Positions 40,316 through 53,931 of a stretch of 64,000 nucleotides of DNA are shown piece by piece (positions within the stretch are counted from its first letter, which is position 1; every line of letters begins with the position of its first letter). The position numbers were made by a program, and so were the translations under genes. The notes beneath the pieces are model-generated. The model worked only from the letters and a program-made list of their open reading frames with translations, was not told the DNA's origin and made no database searches. The stretch is from Raillietiella orientalis. Lineage: Eukaryota. The stretch lies in the NCBI GenBank assembly GCA_036172245.1, contig JAYWIR010000002.1:7192001-7256000 (forward strand). The letters run 5' to 3'.

Positions 40316-40975
40316 CTTCCAGCTTTTTTTTTTCTGGTTCGCTGAGTACCTCAAGAGCCGTCGCTCACCTCGAGTCTCACGCAGCTCTTTTGTTCTCGTT
40401 CCACGCCACCCGAGGGTGCGGAAATTTCTTCAAGATAGGGGGTACCCCGGAAGGGGACCGCCCTATGAATCCGGGAAGGGCCCCGGAGAAAGGGAGTCCG
40501 TTCCTCTCCCGCCTGGGGAGGGATCCCTGAAGGGAGGTCACCTCCCACCCTGGTTGTCTCCGAAGAGAACCCCGAAGGGACTCTTCCGAAATTTCTCAGA
40601 AGGGCTCTCCCCAAAGGGAACGGCTCTCTTCTCTGCATTCTGGAGAGGTGCCATATCTACTCCATGGTACGAGACGGACTGTCCCTCCCGAAGAGGGAGG
40701 TCCTCTCCTTCACACAACCAGAAAGATATTACCCATGTCTTGATTCTGTTTCCTGGAGAGACCCGGAGGGTCGACTTTCATTGTCCCGACCACTTATCGA
40801 GGGCATCCGTTTGAACTGCTATCAGTGCCGCACCCGAATGAATGGAAGCCAGCCAGCGTCATCTTGTGGGAGGAACTCGGACCCACAACTCACCCCCATC
40901 TCTCGGCGTCGATTCTTTCCGAGTCTTCGAACCCGCGACGCTCGGTGCCACGCGCGGAGACCGCAGCCACGTTGC
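40316..40975 (-). mobile_element. SINE-like repeat, copy D
   Basis: Minus-strand GCGTCGCGGGTTCGAA head, GACGCCGAGA, GGATTCATAGGGCGGTCCCC and an A10 tail (T-run 40324-40333). Confidence 0.7.
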
Positions 40976-41849
40976 CTCCGACGGGGGTCAAGCCGAGAGT
41001 GGACGTTGCCTACCTGAGCACCATGATGGCAATGCAGCGCGCCCAAAGAGGATTCATCTAAGAGTAATTCATAATTTTTCCCGAGTGAGTCTTTGCTTAT
41101 CTTCAGCAACCGTCCCTGATGCTCTGATCAGTGGATCGATCCCGGAGGTACTGCAATACCGGATCAACCCGCGACAGGAGGGCAACGAGCTTTGAACATC
41201 TCGATCACTTCCGAAAAGTAGCTGAAGGCAGTGGACACCGGAAACGTGGAGATAAGTGGCATACCAGATATTACTAAGCTTATAAGAAGGAATTCTTATT
41301 TCGTAGGAAAATGTAACATCAATCCAAATGTCAAGGATGACCCTGATGAATCTTCCTTTCTACAGCCTAGGGTTCTCTATTTAGAGGATGCATTTTCGTG
41401 GACATCCCTTGGTGTGTCCTGGCTATCACCCTTCCCGATACCATTCCGGCTGCTTCTTTCTTTGGTTTGGCTGCATCATCTGGTGACCGTCTGACCCGCC
41501 AGACGATGCGACCGGTGACCATAACACACATCACGACTACACCGGAACACGAGGCAGCCATAAGCTGCCTCGTCTTATCCTCGTTACATCGCCATGGGAT
41601 TCCCAACTCGCGAAGTACTCCATCTGTAATTGGGCCCCATACTACCTAGTGAGCCCATGGAGTGGGGACTGAGTCTCGGTTGGCAGTCCTCTCCTGCTCA
41701 TCTATTGAGCTGTGTCTTCGTACTTTGGTCCTTCCCTCCTTCTGGACTTACTGAAAGCTTCCTCGTTCTCGAACGGGCTAGTAACATCCAGAATGAGGAA
41801 TCCCTCCACGGATGGCAGTCAGTTTGTATTAGGTGAAACCAATTTTTCC

Positions 41850-44000
41850 TCCTGCGTGAGGTGGAAAGTGTGAGGACAAAACCCACACAACTTTGCCTTC
41901 CGCGCGAAGAGACTAAGGGAATCGTATTCTACAGCTCGTGATGGGCGAAATGCTGGGTGAAAGAGATTCCACGGCCTGGGGTCGTGATTATGTTACCACA
42001 AGAATCTAATTTCCGAAGCAAACGGCGATGTAGCGCTATGTAATGGACAGAAAGAACAGTTCCTTTGTATAAGAAATTACGTCACATTATCCACATGAAA
42101 CGAAACTGAGACATATGAATAGGGGAGCATGCACCAGAGTCAACTGTAGCATTCATCCGTCTTCTACAGGTGGGCAGCCTGTAGGAAGCATGCTCCAGAA
42201 AGGTAGCGTCACACTCATAACTCACGAGATTCAGAGCAAACAATAAATCATGTGTTGAGAAAGAACCAGAATATCGGGTCATCATCGAAAGTGAATTCGA
42301 GTATTCGAAGCATCCATGACCTTGTGCATCCATGGCTGCAGCAGTTATCTTATAGACGAAATCATTTGATAGCAACTGGAATTCCGGCACGAGATTGGAA
42401 AATCAACCTACTGGATCAGCTAGTTCCATGGGAACGCGAAAAGGAATCACTGTGATTCGAATCAACTGCTCTCTTTGCCAATTCATATCAGCAAAGGGAA
42501 AGTCAATCGAAAAGTGAACCCCAATAAACTAGAAAAAAAAAAAAAATGCCCCCATTTTTATGCGTAGAGCATGCCTAGTCGAAAGTATGTACTCGCATGT
42601 CTTATATGATGAACTTTCACCTCAGTTTTAGTTCTCCAGAAAAGAGACTCAGCTGTTCCACCTACATCTTTAGAACGCGTCATCCTCATTCCCCATAGTT
42701 TACCGAGCTGCAGCACTTTTCCACGATGCACTTCTTGTCAGCATGTCTCTAATGTAATTCCAGCATAGGTTTCCAGTCTTCCGACAACACTCAAGTTGCA
42801 GCAAATTAGTTTTTGGCCACCGGAGACCAACAACAGTTTGATATATTGAGGAACTTTTATCATGAAAGGTATGCTGTGGCTGGTTCATCACATTGTGGTA
42901 AAAGCAATCAGACAGTAAGAGGAGGAAGAACTGAACTCATTCCGCTCCCGCTCTAAGATGAAGATGAGATGAAAGAGATGAGTTTCAACCCTTGAGGAAC
43001 CCATACAGACCCCTTTGTGTCACTGAAGTCTCTCTTGACTAGGGTTCAAAACTGTGAATAATCAGAAGGGAATTTGATGTACAAACAAGATGTCTCGCGT
43101 CCTTTTGTTTGCCAGACTCCCTCCGATGGCACTTCACTCGAAAAATTCAAGTCTCCTTCCTGATCTCCTTTCCGTCCACGTTACAACAGCCCATTTACGA
43201 ACCCATGTGAAGTCACTCTAGGGGGATTTAGGTCCACAGCGATTTGATTTCCGTATGAAACTCACCTGACGATCACGTCATCCACGGAATCAAATGGTGG
43301 CTATCAAAGCAAATCATCATCGCTTTCGAAATGAGATAACATTTGCATGACTTGCTCAAACTCGAAAAAGCATCGCCATGCCCTCAAATACTGAAAGCAT
43401 CAATTGCCTCGAGGAAATGATGCCATCGCTCGGAAGCATGCATTCTGTCCTGCCAGCGGATGTATTTACGCCCAGCAGACTTCCTGGAGGTTTCCTGTAG
43501 GGAGCGGATTCTTGCAGTTCAGTTGCGAACTCCCACTTCAAAAGGGAACCTCCGGCGATCTCTCTTACGAAACTTCTCAGCATAAGGTTGCCTGCAAAAA
43601 GAGATTAAAATTATTATTATTATGTTTTTCTCATTTAAATCGTTTTCGACCTGATTGCTGCCAAGTTTATTTGCGAAGATACGAGCGGTTTTTGCAACCG
43701 TGGCGCAACTCCCAGGACTTTGCGCCCAGAATTTCATTCGCAGTTCGTAAGAACGAAGCTGAAACTTTGATGGCATGCGGAAAGAAAGAACAAAAATCAC
43801 AATCCGACTCAACACTGTTTCCACAGGCGTTAGTTCTCAATCCCTCCGGCTGTGGAGCCCGTGATCCTCCTTGAGATTCCGAAAACCACATTCTGCGGAG
43901 AAAAAATGCGGTGGAATGATCGATTCACTTCTTCAGGAGACGAAATGCGTGCACGCAGAGGAATGGGCAATGCGGGTTGCTCTAGGTCGGGGGGGGGGGG
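41850..44000 (-). pseudogene. Possible decayed LINE reverse-transcriptase fragments
   Basis: Scattered motif-like strings (ECGFR, SVDDVIV, SQFRFMWI) in broken frames; weak. Confidence 0.25.
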
Positions 44001-45369
44001 GCATAGGGGAAAGCTACACACCTATTGTTTTGGAGGCAGATGAGCCACGCAACCGCAGTGTACCAACCACAGATGGCTTCTCATTTATGAGGTCTGCAAG
44101 CAGATGGGAAAAAAACAGAGAATGTCCGGAGGTTGAAACAGTGAAGCTGGAACATCAAAATGCTCCTGTGTTCGTATTTTTGTATTCCGGATGGGTGAAT
44201 CGGGAATCTCAGCCAAAAGTGGAGCCAAAACACACTAAGCCTCTATTGAGATGGCAGGCAGCTCCATGAAACCACGAAGAAAAGCAAGCATGGAAGGGGT
44301 CGACGAGGTGAGAGGCCCTAAAGAAATGATTCACCTCCCTTGGTAAAGCATTGCAGCACTTGCGTCTTCCTTGATCCAGAGCTATCGACAACTTGCTGGA
44401 AGCTGGTCAACGGAAACGTCTTGCAGTGTCCGTATGAATTGGACGGAGAGGAACCATCCGCTCCTTGCTGCAAAGTCGAGCTTTCTTGGAAGAGATCTGC
44501 GACGGCCGTGGATCGTGTCTGAAGCTGAAGAGAAGAAATGGCGATTGGCTGTCAGCACCAATTCGTCACGGGATGCCATCCCTCTTGAACCAGCTGTCAC
44601 CGAAAGGGAAAGTGCTCCTCGCGTGAAGGATGTGCCATCAGGGAACCTTCCGCCGCACTCCATCTCAAAATGGAATCTCCAAGAGCACGTACGTTGTGGA
44701 GAAGAACCTCTGATTCAGGTCATCAAGGGGAGAAGAGAGGGGGGTTCGAAAATCGACGATTTCCAAAGGGGTCTCAGTGCAGAAGGCAACGAAGAAGCAT
44801 CGGGACTCCACGCTCTTCCAGCAATCCCTTCTCCCGCTCCCCTTGAAAAAATGGAAACCACGACATTGCAGGAACCTCGTCCATCTTCCCATTGCGAGAA
44901 ATTTCCTTCGGAGGGCGGCCTCCGCTCGCCTTTTTCCCTTTTGAAAATGGACATTCCTCAAGAAGGATAACAATGGAATTCAATAATGGACGCCACTCGA
45001 AACCGAGTGAAAGGGAAAGGAAAATGATCTCGAGTAATGCGGGCAATTTTCGAAATGCGATTATGAAATGGTAGCTTAATTAATGACAGTAGTCATCATG
45101 AGTCATCCGACTCTCGCTACCGGGAGGATGCCGTCTGCGAGTCACGAGAGGAAAGTGTGCTACAAAAAAAAGAGAAAGAAAGAAAAGAAAAAGACGAGGA
45201 GGAGCATTTCAAAGTGGGGGCCCTGCAAGCAGTGTGGTGTTTCAAAGTCAAAGGAAGGGGGGAGGGGGTTCGAAACCTCGGGCTCTAGGCTGCTCACCGG
45301 AAGTTGCAGCTGTCCAGAAGTTAACAAAGAGGAGCTGTCCAGCCAGGGAATCTGCAGCATCTCGGCTGC

Positions 45370-45945
45370 ATCCCTAGGTGCGGCAGCGGTGGAAGTAGGA
45401 AACAGGATATGCCCCCCCCACCCGGGGAGAGGAAGGGAACGCTCCATTGCGTTCGGTGTAGGTGGTTGATGCTCCCCTCGGGGGGTCGCCTTTCCAGAGT
45501 GTGGAGAAGGGTGCTGCTCCTTTCGAGGAACAGCCCTTCGCAGAAAATGGGAAGCACACCATTGGGACTCTCTTCAGAAGAAGAGGAAATGAGGAGCGGC
45601 TCCCTAGCGGGTGCCCTCCGGAGAAAAAATTCCGGGAGCGGATTCCTTCCGGGATCCCTTCGGGGAAGAAGGGATCCCGGAAGGATCCTTTCCTCCTACT
45701 CCCTCAGGAGAGAACAAGGAAGAGGCAGTTCCTTTCGGGGTTCCCTCCGAAGGCAACCAGGGCAAGGATTCCCTTCGTGAGAGGAACAGACTCCTTCCTC
45801 CAGAGTCCTTCCCAGATTCATAGGGTGGTGCCTCCGGGTTGACTTCCTATCTTGAAAGACTGAGACGCCCCCTCGGGTGGTGTGGTCAGTTTGAAAGGGT
45901 TGCGTGAGCCCCCCGGCAATCGGTTCCTGAGTACTCGCAGACGAA
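45370..45945 (+). mobile_element. SINE-like repeat, copy E (degenerate head)
   Basis: CCAGAGTGTGGAGAAG...TTCGAGGAACAGCCCTTC, GATTCATAGGGTGGT, CCTATCTTGAA; a B-box-like GGTTCGAAACC lies at 45267-45277. Confidence 0.65.
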
Positions 45946-46463
45946 GCTTCCAGGTTAGTTCTCGAGTGCGTCCGTCGGCGGCGGGAGTTCCATCCTCTTG
46001 GCTGGCACGCGAAAGAGTGACCTTGAAAGAAAGAAGGGAACGGAGGAATGCGCGGTTCCGCTCAACCAGCCTCGCCGGAACGAAAGCCCGAAGCGGTGGG
46101 GAAAGGGTCCACGCGAAGGCTCCGAGCCTGCTGGGCGAGTTGCGCTGGGACGGTAGCGACGAGGCTCCCGCCCCATCGCTGATTGTGGAATTCGCCGACC
46201 CCCTCAGGGGATCGATCGGAGCCGTGTGTTGGTAACATGCAGAGGAAGCAGGGCGGAGAGAGCGTCTGAGCAGGGCTTCGGGGACTCCGGTGGGAGCCTG
46301 CACCGTCAGTGGTGGGGATCTGTCCAGTGAGGGGAGCATTTGTGGATGGCTGAGTGGACGAGGTGCGAGACGGCAGTCCCTTCTCTGGCAGCGCCTCCGA
46401 TGCAGGAGCGGAGGCGTCCCCTTCAGAGAGGAGGTCCAATGAGCTTCTGCCAGTCGGAGACCG

Positions 46464-46923
46464 CAAAGATGGGAAACATCCTCTCTGCCATCTCGAAAAG
46501 AGGAGGAAGAAGGCAAAGACCGCAGGAACTCGGGAATGGCGGCTGCTGTCCGTCTCCTAGATCGGACAGATCCAGATCAAAAAGAAACCTTCCTTTCCAG
46601 GAAAGGAAATGTTCCGGAGGCCCTCCACGGGAGACCACGAGATGAAGATTCTCCGGAGGAAGAAAGCCGAGCAGGGGAAGGTGCCAGCTGCGGCTGCCGG
46701 CCTCAGGAACGGTGCGAGTTGCGACGGGATAGGACGGTCAGGACAACCCAAACATCCTCTTCTCGGGAGAAGGATACGCCAAGTTTCGTCAGGTCATGAG
46801 GGGATCCCGTAAAGCTCAGGGGCAGCACAAGACCTCAAAGATGGGAAACATCCTGTCTGCCTTCTTGAAAAGAAGAGGAAGAAGGCAAAGACCGCAGGAA
46901 CTCGGGGGTGGCGGCTGTTATCC
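46464..46923 (+). repeat. 88-bp direct repeat (46464-46551, 46836-46923), 8 mismatches, each copy starting CAAAG-ATG-GGA-AAC
   Basis: Direct alignment; offset 372 bp; encodes MGNILSA(I/F)(S/L)KR(G/R)GRRQRPQELG(N/G)GGC(C/Y)P. Confidence 0.9.
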
Positions 46924-47510
46924 TTCCATGGATCCGCGAGCTCTTCCCGGAACTCTTCCTTCCAGGGCGGGGAGGAGCAGCAGCAGCATCAAGGGCCGTC
47001 ATCTGCTTTTTCTCTTTCAGGGGTGCCACTGGGTCGGAAGGAGGGTGGTCTTCCCCAGGGGAGCGCCCGCGTTCTCGTTTGGGTCCTCTGCCTGCAGGAG
47101 GAGGAGGAGGAACTGCCGCGAACCATACCCGGGGAGATGGAGGGGTGAGGCGGGAGAAGTGGAGGACCCGCGGGGGTGGGGTGGTCAGCAGGGGAAGGAG
47201 AGGGCACGAGTGAAAGGCCCTTCACATCGTCAGAAAAGCTCCTGAACCTGAGGAAGGCGCCAGGGGCATGATGGAAGGGGGGAAGCAGGGCGGAGAGCAG
47301 CAGCCGGCAGGTGGTCTCACTGCCGAGGGCAGGGCAGGGACCGGGCGGGATGTCGATCCTCCCGCGTCGAGACGTAGAAACTTCCCCGGCGACCTACCGG
47401 GGAGCCGACGTGTCTCCGGCACGCCGGTGTTACGGTGTCTTCCGCGTTACTCCCCCTCCTTCTCATCTCATTATCGCCGCAGGCGCTTCTGAGGCGCGAA
47501 GTGAAAGGCC

Positions 47511-47571
47511 AGCACAGGAAGCGATGATTACGCGAGTTCCTTTCGGGCATGGCCGACCCTCGTCAGGAGCA
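47511..47571 (-). ncRNA. Degenerate type I hammerhead ribozyme-like motif
   Basis: Minus strand CUGACGA-GGGU(CGGCCAU)GCCC-GAAA-GGAA...UUCC-U; stems II and III pair, but stem I and the cleavage triplet are defective. Confidence 0.35.
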
Positions 47572-48859
47572 TTTCGTGCGCGAGGCGGCGAGAACAGTCC
47601 ATGGACCCGGCGTGCGCCAGTGAGTGCCCCCCCTTCTCCCTCCCCCCTTCCGCTCGGCTGGCGTCCGGCTGGCAGACACGTCCATGGCTCTCGCGTGTCG
47701 TCAACTTTAATGAGGCTGCCGCCGCGAGCTCGTGTCAAGAGAAAGTCGAGCGTCCTGGCAGCAACCGTTTCTTAACGCGGGGCAGCTCGCTTCCAGCCCC
47801 TCCAAGACAAAGGGCCTCTCGACTCGGCTCTCGCGGAGGGCGCGCGAGCGCAAAGGCAATTATGCGGGAGTGTCCGTCGGCGGTGGAGTCGACCCCCCCC
47901 CCCCCCAGCCGAGGCGGGATCCGGGAAACGAGCCGCAGAAGCTCGGAAGGAAAACTCAGGGATGGTCGGAAGAAACGGGGGATCGGCCCGCGAGGGTTTT
48001 AAGCCCCGTCCTTCCGGGTCGAAGATGACGACGCCTAGCAAGCCACCCCGGGAGCTTCCGAGCCCGCCGAGATGGTCCGTCACCACGGTGGAACCGCGAT
48101 GCCGCCATCCCGCTCTCTGTGTCCGCTCAGCCCTGGAAGAAGACACTTGGGACTCTTCCCTTCCTTCACGGACCAGGTGGAGCTCGTGGGCATGCCGCGG
48201 CGTCTCGCCGTCCGCTCCGCCATCTCAGAACCGGCGCTCTCGAATCGCTGGCGTATCTCGGATGCATCCAAGGCGACGCAGATCCCAGCATCAAGGGGAA
48301 GGGGGAAGGAGGGACTCACCTTCCCGAATGCCTTGCGCCCGCCCTTGCCGAGCCGGTAGGCGGTGGGTGCGCGCGCGCGTTTCCGCGGAGTGCGCCGCCA
48401 GGCGGCGAAGACCATCAACTGCTGCTGCCTGTACCTCCGGAGGGCGACGGCTGCGATGCTTCTGTCGCGGTCGCTCCGTGAGAGCCATCAGGGTCCGTGG
48501 AACGGACAGTGAGTGCTCTTTGGACCAAGAGCCTCACTGACTCAATGCTCCCGGGAAGACTTCGGGGAAAGTCAGATTGCGGGGCTGCGATCGCAAACTC
48601 GTTTCCCTGCTGCCTTTCGTCAGACATCGAGGAAGAACGGGTTGTTTGTGGCGGTTCTGCCACCTCTGCAGGATCGCGTCTACGCATCGCTCGCGCCAGC
48701 CTCGTGCTGGAGACGGAAACGGACTACTACCTATTGCTACTCTCGCCATTACTACTATCCCGTCTGTTGAGCCAAACGAACAGAACGATAAGACGGAAAG
48801 GTCTGGTTGTTTGCAGTCTTCGCCGTTTTCATCTTGATGCCCCATCCGCACGAGGTTCC

Positions 48860-49160
48860 TTGAATCTCCGCCGACATTACGCGCACCAGCTGGCGGCAGC
48901 TCCTCTTAGCCGTCGACCTTATGAGAGGTTCGGGAGGAAGTTCAAGACCACAGGTCCAGCAACAAGCATCGTAGCCACGCAGTGGAAGTTGGAGGCGGCC
49001 ATGAGGCTCCCCATTTTGCCGAGGTGTTGGCGCATGACTTACTGCTCCCGGCGTCGCCTTCCGGGACACCGGAGAGGCTCGTGTTCCGTCTCGGACGGTC
49101 ACCTGTGCATCCTTTCTCGGCAGGGAGGCAGCGAGGTGTTTGTATCTGGTCTCTTTTTTC
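48860..49160 (+). pseudogene. Possible Tc1/mariner-like transposase N-terminal remnant
   Basis: LRRHY...PLSRR...RKFKTTG resembles the HTH region of Tc3-like transposases, followed by HFAE and CIW strings; weak. Confidence 0.22.
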
Positions 49161-49314
49161 CCGGACACTTCTGAACGTAGTCTATCGGAGGTGCTGTCGA
49201 ACGGGCATTTAGGATGACAACTCGTCCTACCTCTGACGCTACTGCCGTTCATGAACCCGGATCAGTTGGTCTATCGGTTTAGTGGCTGCCCTCGAATCGG
49301 CACGGGACACCGCC

Positions 49315-49770
49315 TGTGTTGTCGGTGCCGCGCGTAGTGGGTTCGAATCCCGGTAGGGGAGGATCGATGCCAAGAACGCCCAGTGCGTCGTGGAGGTTCC
49401 GATTCGCCTCTTCCCCACAAGATGACGCTGGCTGGTCTGTAGGCTCCGGGTGCGGTCTCCGTTGGCTGGCCTCTGGGATCGGAAGTTGACTCCTGAGGGT
49501 CCTTCCAGGAACCAAGGAGCATCGGTTCCGCTCAGGGTCCCCCCTTCGTTGTGAAAATGGAGCCGTTACCATGGGGCTCGGGGGATCACCTCTCCGGAGT
49601 GTCAAGAAGCGCCCTTCAGAGAAACTGGGAGGCGTCCCTTCGGGATTCTTTTCAGAGGAGGAGAGGCGATGAGAAAACTGGCGGAACCGAAAAAACCAGG
49701 AGCGGTTCCCTCGCGGAGGAAACAAGGTGTGGCCTACTCCGGGGACCTCTCCTAGAGAATGAGGAACAGG
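49315..49770 (+). mobile_element. SINE-like repeat, copy F (3' truncated)
   Basis: GGTTCGAATCC at 49340-49350, GGAAGTTGAC, GTGAAAATGGAGCCGTTACCATGG. Confidence 0.7.
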
Positions 49771-52700
49771 AAAATACTTTCGGTATTTCCCACCTCTTTG
49801 ATCATAGCAAAAAGCCCGAGAAGCGATTGCCCCCCCCCCCTCACCCTTCCCCCCCCCTATTCCTCTCCTAGTAAGGCGAGGAATAGGGGGGTTTGGATGC
49901 TGAAGGAAATCCACCGCGCATGCTTCAGAGTGGACTCCGAGGGTTTTGCAAGAACGCGCAGCTTCCGCAGCGCCCGAGAGATCGAGAGCCAACTCAAACA
50001 CTTCTGCACGATGGAGCCGTGCGTTTCGGGACGACCTCTCGTCGCGTCTCAGCCGCTCCGAAATTCAGGGAAAGTCGGAGGCCACTTCACCTTTCTTTCA
50101 AGGACCTCACACCACAAGCACATCACCTCCACACCTACTAAACTCGCTGGTCTCCAAGCAAACGCATCCTTCGCTAGGGAACATCCTCCATCGAGCTTGC
50201 GTGGACCTCTTGTAAGGCGCGCAGATCCGATGGAAGCTCCCGCCACCTTCTTGGAGGAACTCGAATTTTTTTCTTGTTTTGGCAAGAGAACCCACGAACG
50301 TTCCTTTTCGAAACCGGAGGCTGCTGAGAAGAGCAAAAGGAAAACTAAGCAGTGAGAAGCGATGCTCCCGAAGGACGCGCCTACGTGTTCAGTGTTCCTA
50401 CTCTTGCGCATACACTGACTGGTTGCCTTGCGATGCATTCCATGTATGGGAAAACACGTATTCAGACGTACATTATATGGGAAAATTCCACGTAGAAGGT
50501 TGCCATTTCTGCCAGCGTTTAGCTAGGTTACTCATATTGGTGTGATGGTGACCCTGAATGAATTGGTGACGCAGAGATGAACCAAGGTCGTTTCTCCTGC
50601 ACCCGCTCTCCGTCCACGATGGACGAACCGAGTCAAGAAGTCACCGCGGAAACATTTCAGTGTGGTTTCGCACCGTGTGGGCGGCGAGATGCAAGTTTGC
50701 GGGTGACCGCCTGGTGGAAGGACCTTTGAGGTCTCAGCTGGCGTTGCAGATGTCTGACAGACCTCAGTTCGAAAAACAAATTCTCCAGCGGAAGAACCGA
50801 ATCTTCCAGCATGGCGGATGCCCTTCGCTCACGGATAGATGGATGAATTGGATCGCCTGAGAGAGATGCGCTCCGGAGGAAAGGGCGTGCTTCTTGTGGA
50901 CACGGGGATGCGATGCACGGATGGGGGATGCTAAGGATGGGAACGAAATTCCGAAGAATTCCAGGAAATCCGATGAATGGCAATTTTTTGGGGAAGTGGG
51001 AAAGGCAAAAGGATCGAACCAGCTCTGCCGTTTCCTTGTGATCCCGGAAACGTCTGCAACGAGCGAAGAGAAAGATGAAAGATGGCCGAGAAAACTCCCT
51101 GTATACGATCGGCTGAACGTGTCGTAATTTGCGTCGCGAGAGTCGGGCATGAAACTGGAGGAATTCGAGCTTTCATCGGAGGAAACTAGATGGCTCTCGC
51201 CGACACATAAACGACGGAATCTAAGCACACCCAGGGCGCGCTCGGGAAACACTTTCCGAAAAACCTTGCTGGAAAAGTCAGGTAGCCTTTCGAAAGGCTC
51301 CCTCGCCCATCTTGGAGTCTTCAAGTGGACGAGATGCCGTCATCGCTGTACGACTCACTGACGAGAAGTCATGAGCAGCGGAAGTCGATCTCCCCTCGGC
51401 TCTTCTCAAACAGAACAGACTGATTTTCGGCACGAAGAAGAGAGAAAGAAGGACCTCTTTTTCCAACAGATCACCTCCAAGGAAATCACTCCTTGTTTCA
51501 CGTTCCCGATGCCACTTCTGCCTACCGAAAAGAGCTCCTTCGTACGCATGCGAACAACACCACTGTGTTGTTGCATGGAGGGAAGGCAACGCTGCACAAA
51601 ACGGCATCTTTTTCCGAAGTAGATCGTGCACCTCCTGCCAGAGCAAATGTGCCAGTTGTGCGCGTTCCACGGCCCCCGCGCCGCCGGAATCCACGACACT
51701 TTGAAGTGCGTGGTGCAGTTCCGAGAGAGGACGGATCTGCACGCTTCCGTCCACGTCTACCACTCCCAGAATTTACCGCGAGCATGAAAAGGGAGTGGGT
51801 GAGGCGCATGGAAGGAGCTGCGAGCTCCCATTTGGCATTTCGGGAGACATCGGGCGAAAAGCGAAGCGGTTCCGTGGAAACCTCAGGGACCCGCCCGTTG
51901 TCCGTGCTCCCTCAGAGAGGACCGGGCAGCAGCACGCGGGGGAATGGAAACGGGTCGAGCCTCCTGAAGAAGTGCTTTCGAAAGGGCGACATCCACAGCA
52001 CCCTTCAGCGATCGACAGCGCAAACGGAAAAGACCTCCAAGAGAGTTCCACGTTTTTTTGTTGTTTTTTTCGTCTTTTGTTCTTCTACGTGGTGCTGAAG
52101 CAGCAAAGTTCGGGAGTCACGACCGTGCCGGCGTAAAGGTGAAGGCATGCTCTTGCGCAATAATTAATTTGGGTTCCAAAGTTGCGCTCCCCCGTGTCGG
52201 GCATTGTTGTTCTAGAAGTGGTCAGTCGAAACTCGAGCCAACGAAAGGAAGGCATTGCGGTCAGAGAGAGAGAGGGAGGGAGAGAGGGAGAGGGGAGCTG
52301 CTCCTGCGCCTCTTGCTCGGCGGAAGAATGCCCTTGCTGGGACGCCGCCCGTGATTCTGGCCGTGCAGGAAACGTGCGCGAGACGCAGCCAGAAAGTGAG
52401 GCGGAGCAGGGGAAAAAGGAAGGAGGGGGGCGCAAGGGTTCGGAGGTCTTGGTGACGCTCGCTGAGAGTTCCCTCGAAGAATTTCGGCTAGCGGAGGCAC
52501 GGAGTTTGCCTGCCGTTTCACTTCCTCGTTTCTCCGGTCGATTCCACGGCGGGCATCCTCCGAGCATTCCTCCGAGGATCGTCCGAAGCTCTTGGCTGGG
52601 AGATACGGGAAGCAGGAGGCGCATCGGGAACGGTCGACCTGGGGCTCTCCTCACGCGACTGGCCGTGAGCTCCCTCGGAGGGAAGAAGTGCTTTTGCAAT

Positions 52701-53931
52701 GTTCCCGTTCGCTTCCAAGACGTGAGCTGCCTCGAAGTCGGATGTGAACGCTAATCCCGAGAGCGAAGCGCCGCGCGGCCGACTCTGCGGTTCCAGCCGC
52801 CCGTCGAGGTGGTTTCCCGAACTCGGATTCTTTCGAGACTCCGCCTGTCCCTCACGCTCGCGGGTGCCGGGCGACGCTCTCCTCGCAAGGTCCACGATCC
52901 AAAATTGCGTCCGCTGAGTTTCCCTCTTTGCCGCCACCCGGTCACGCCGGGCGTTTATTGAAACAAACAAGAAACTCGCAACGTTGTGGTAGGACGCGTG
53001 GTCCTGCCACACTCCGTTTCACAGTGGACCTGCAGGGTTGCCGGTGCGCAGATCAGCGAGGTTCATTTCGGCAGCGGTAGAGAGGGGAGAAAATAAAAAG
53101 GAAAATAAAATAAATAGAAAAACACTGTGGAGGACCAGGAAGGAGTCATCGCCCGCTAGACGGGGTCCTTTGCTGGCTAGATCCGTCCTCATAGCGCCCA
53201 AGTGGGGCCATCTGGATGCCATCCACAGAGAGAGAACTGCAATCTGGGTGGGGCGTTTCTTTCGTTCGGTCCTCCTTCAGCGTCGCTCCAGGCCTCCACA
53301 ATCCCGCGAATGCAGCAAAGAGCCACAAAGACTGTGGCTGGCGGAAGGGCGCCCTGCGTTAAGAGGGGCAGTAGAACGTTCCTAGGATTGTGGTCGGCAG
53401 TCCGTAGGGTCGTGCCAAAGAGTTCCCACAGGGGCCCGAGGGCAACACAGTCTGGGCAGGTGCGCTAGGGATTCCGGTTCCCTGCACCTGCTACGGTCCG
53501 GGCTTGCATTTCCCAGCGTCCAGTGGTGTCGGCGGGCATTGCAGGGGTGACCCTAGTGCAGCAACAGCAAAAGTGCCGACTCCTGCCACTTCAGGAAGGG
53601 GAGTTTCTTCCTCTTTGGAAGAATGCGAGTTCCGGCGTGACTGGTCCGAAAGGGTGTCGGGCACTATCGCAGACTGCAGCTTAGCGGAAACGGATGCGGG
53701 ACTTACCTTGAAGCCACCCCAATTTGCGCTTCAACCGACCCAACTGTGGGAAACTCGCAAGCGAATTCAGAGCACGGCAGCTCAAGCAGCGCGGGAACGA
53801 ATTTTTTACCCCCTTTTTCCTATTTTTTTCCCTTTTTTTCGAACCGGAAGGATAGAAGCATCTCGCCGTTTGCAACCACGAACCAGAAACCAAAAATGTG
53901 AAATCACCCAAGCAATGGACGATGACTGTTT

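Noticed and set aside
51620..51720. Minus-strand VSWIPAARG...ERAQLA resembling LINE RNase H
   Set aside because: Needs a frameshift and lacks neighbouring motifs; too weak to call.
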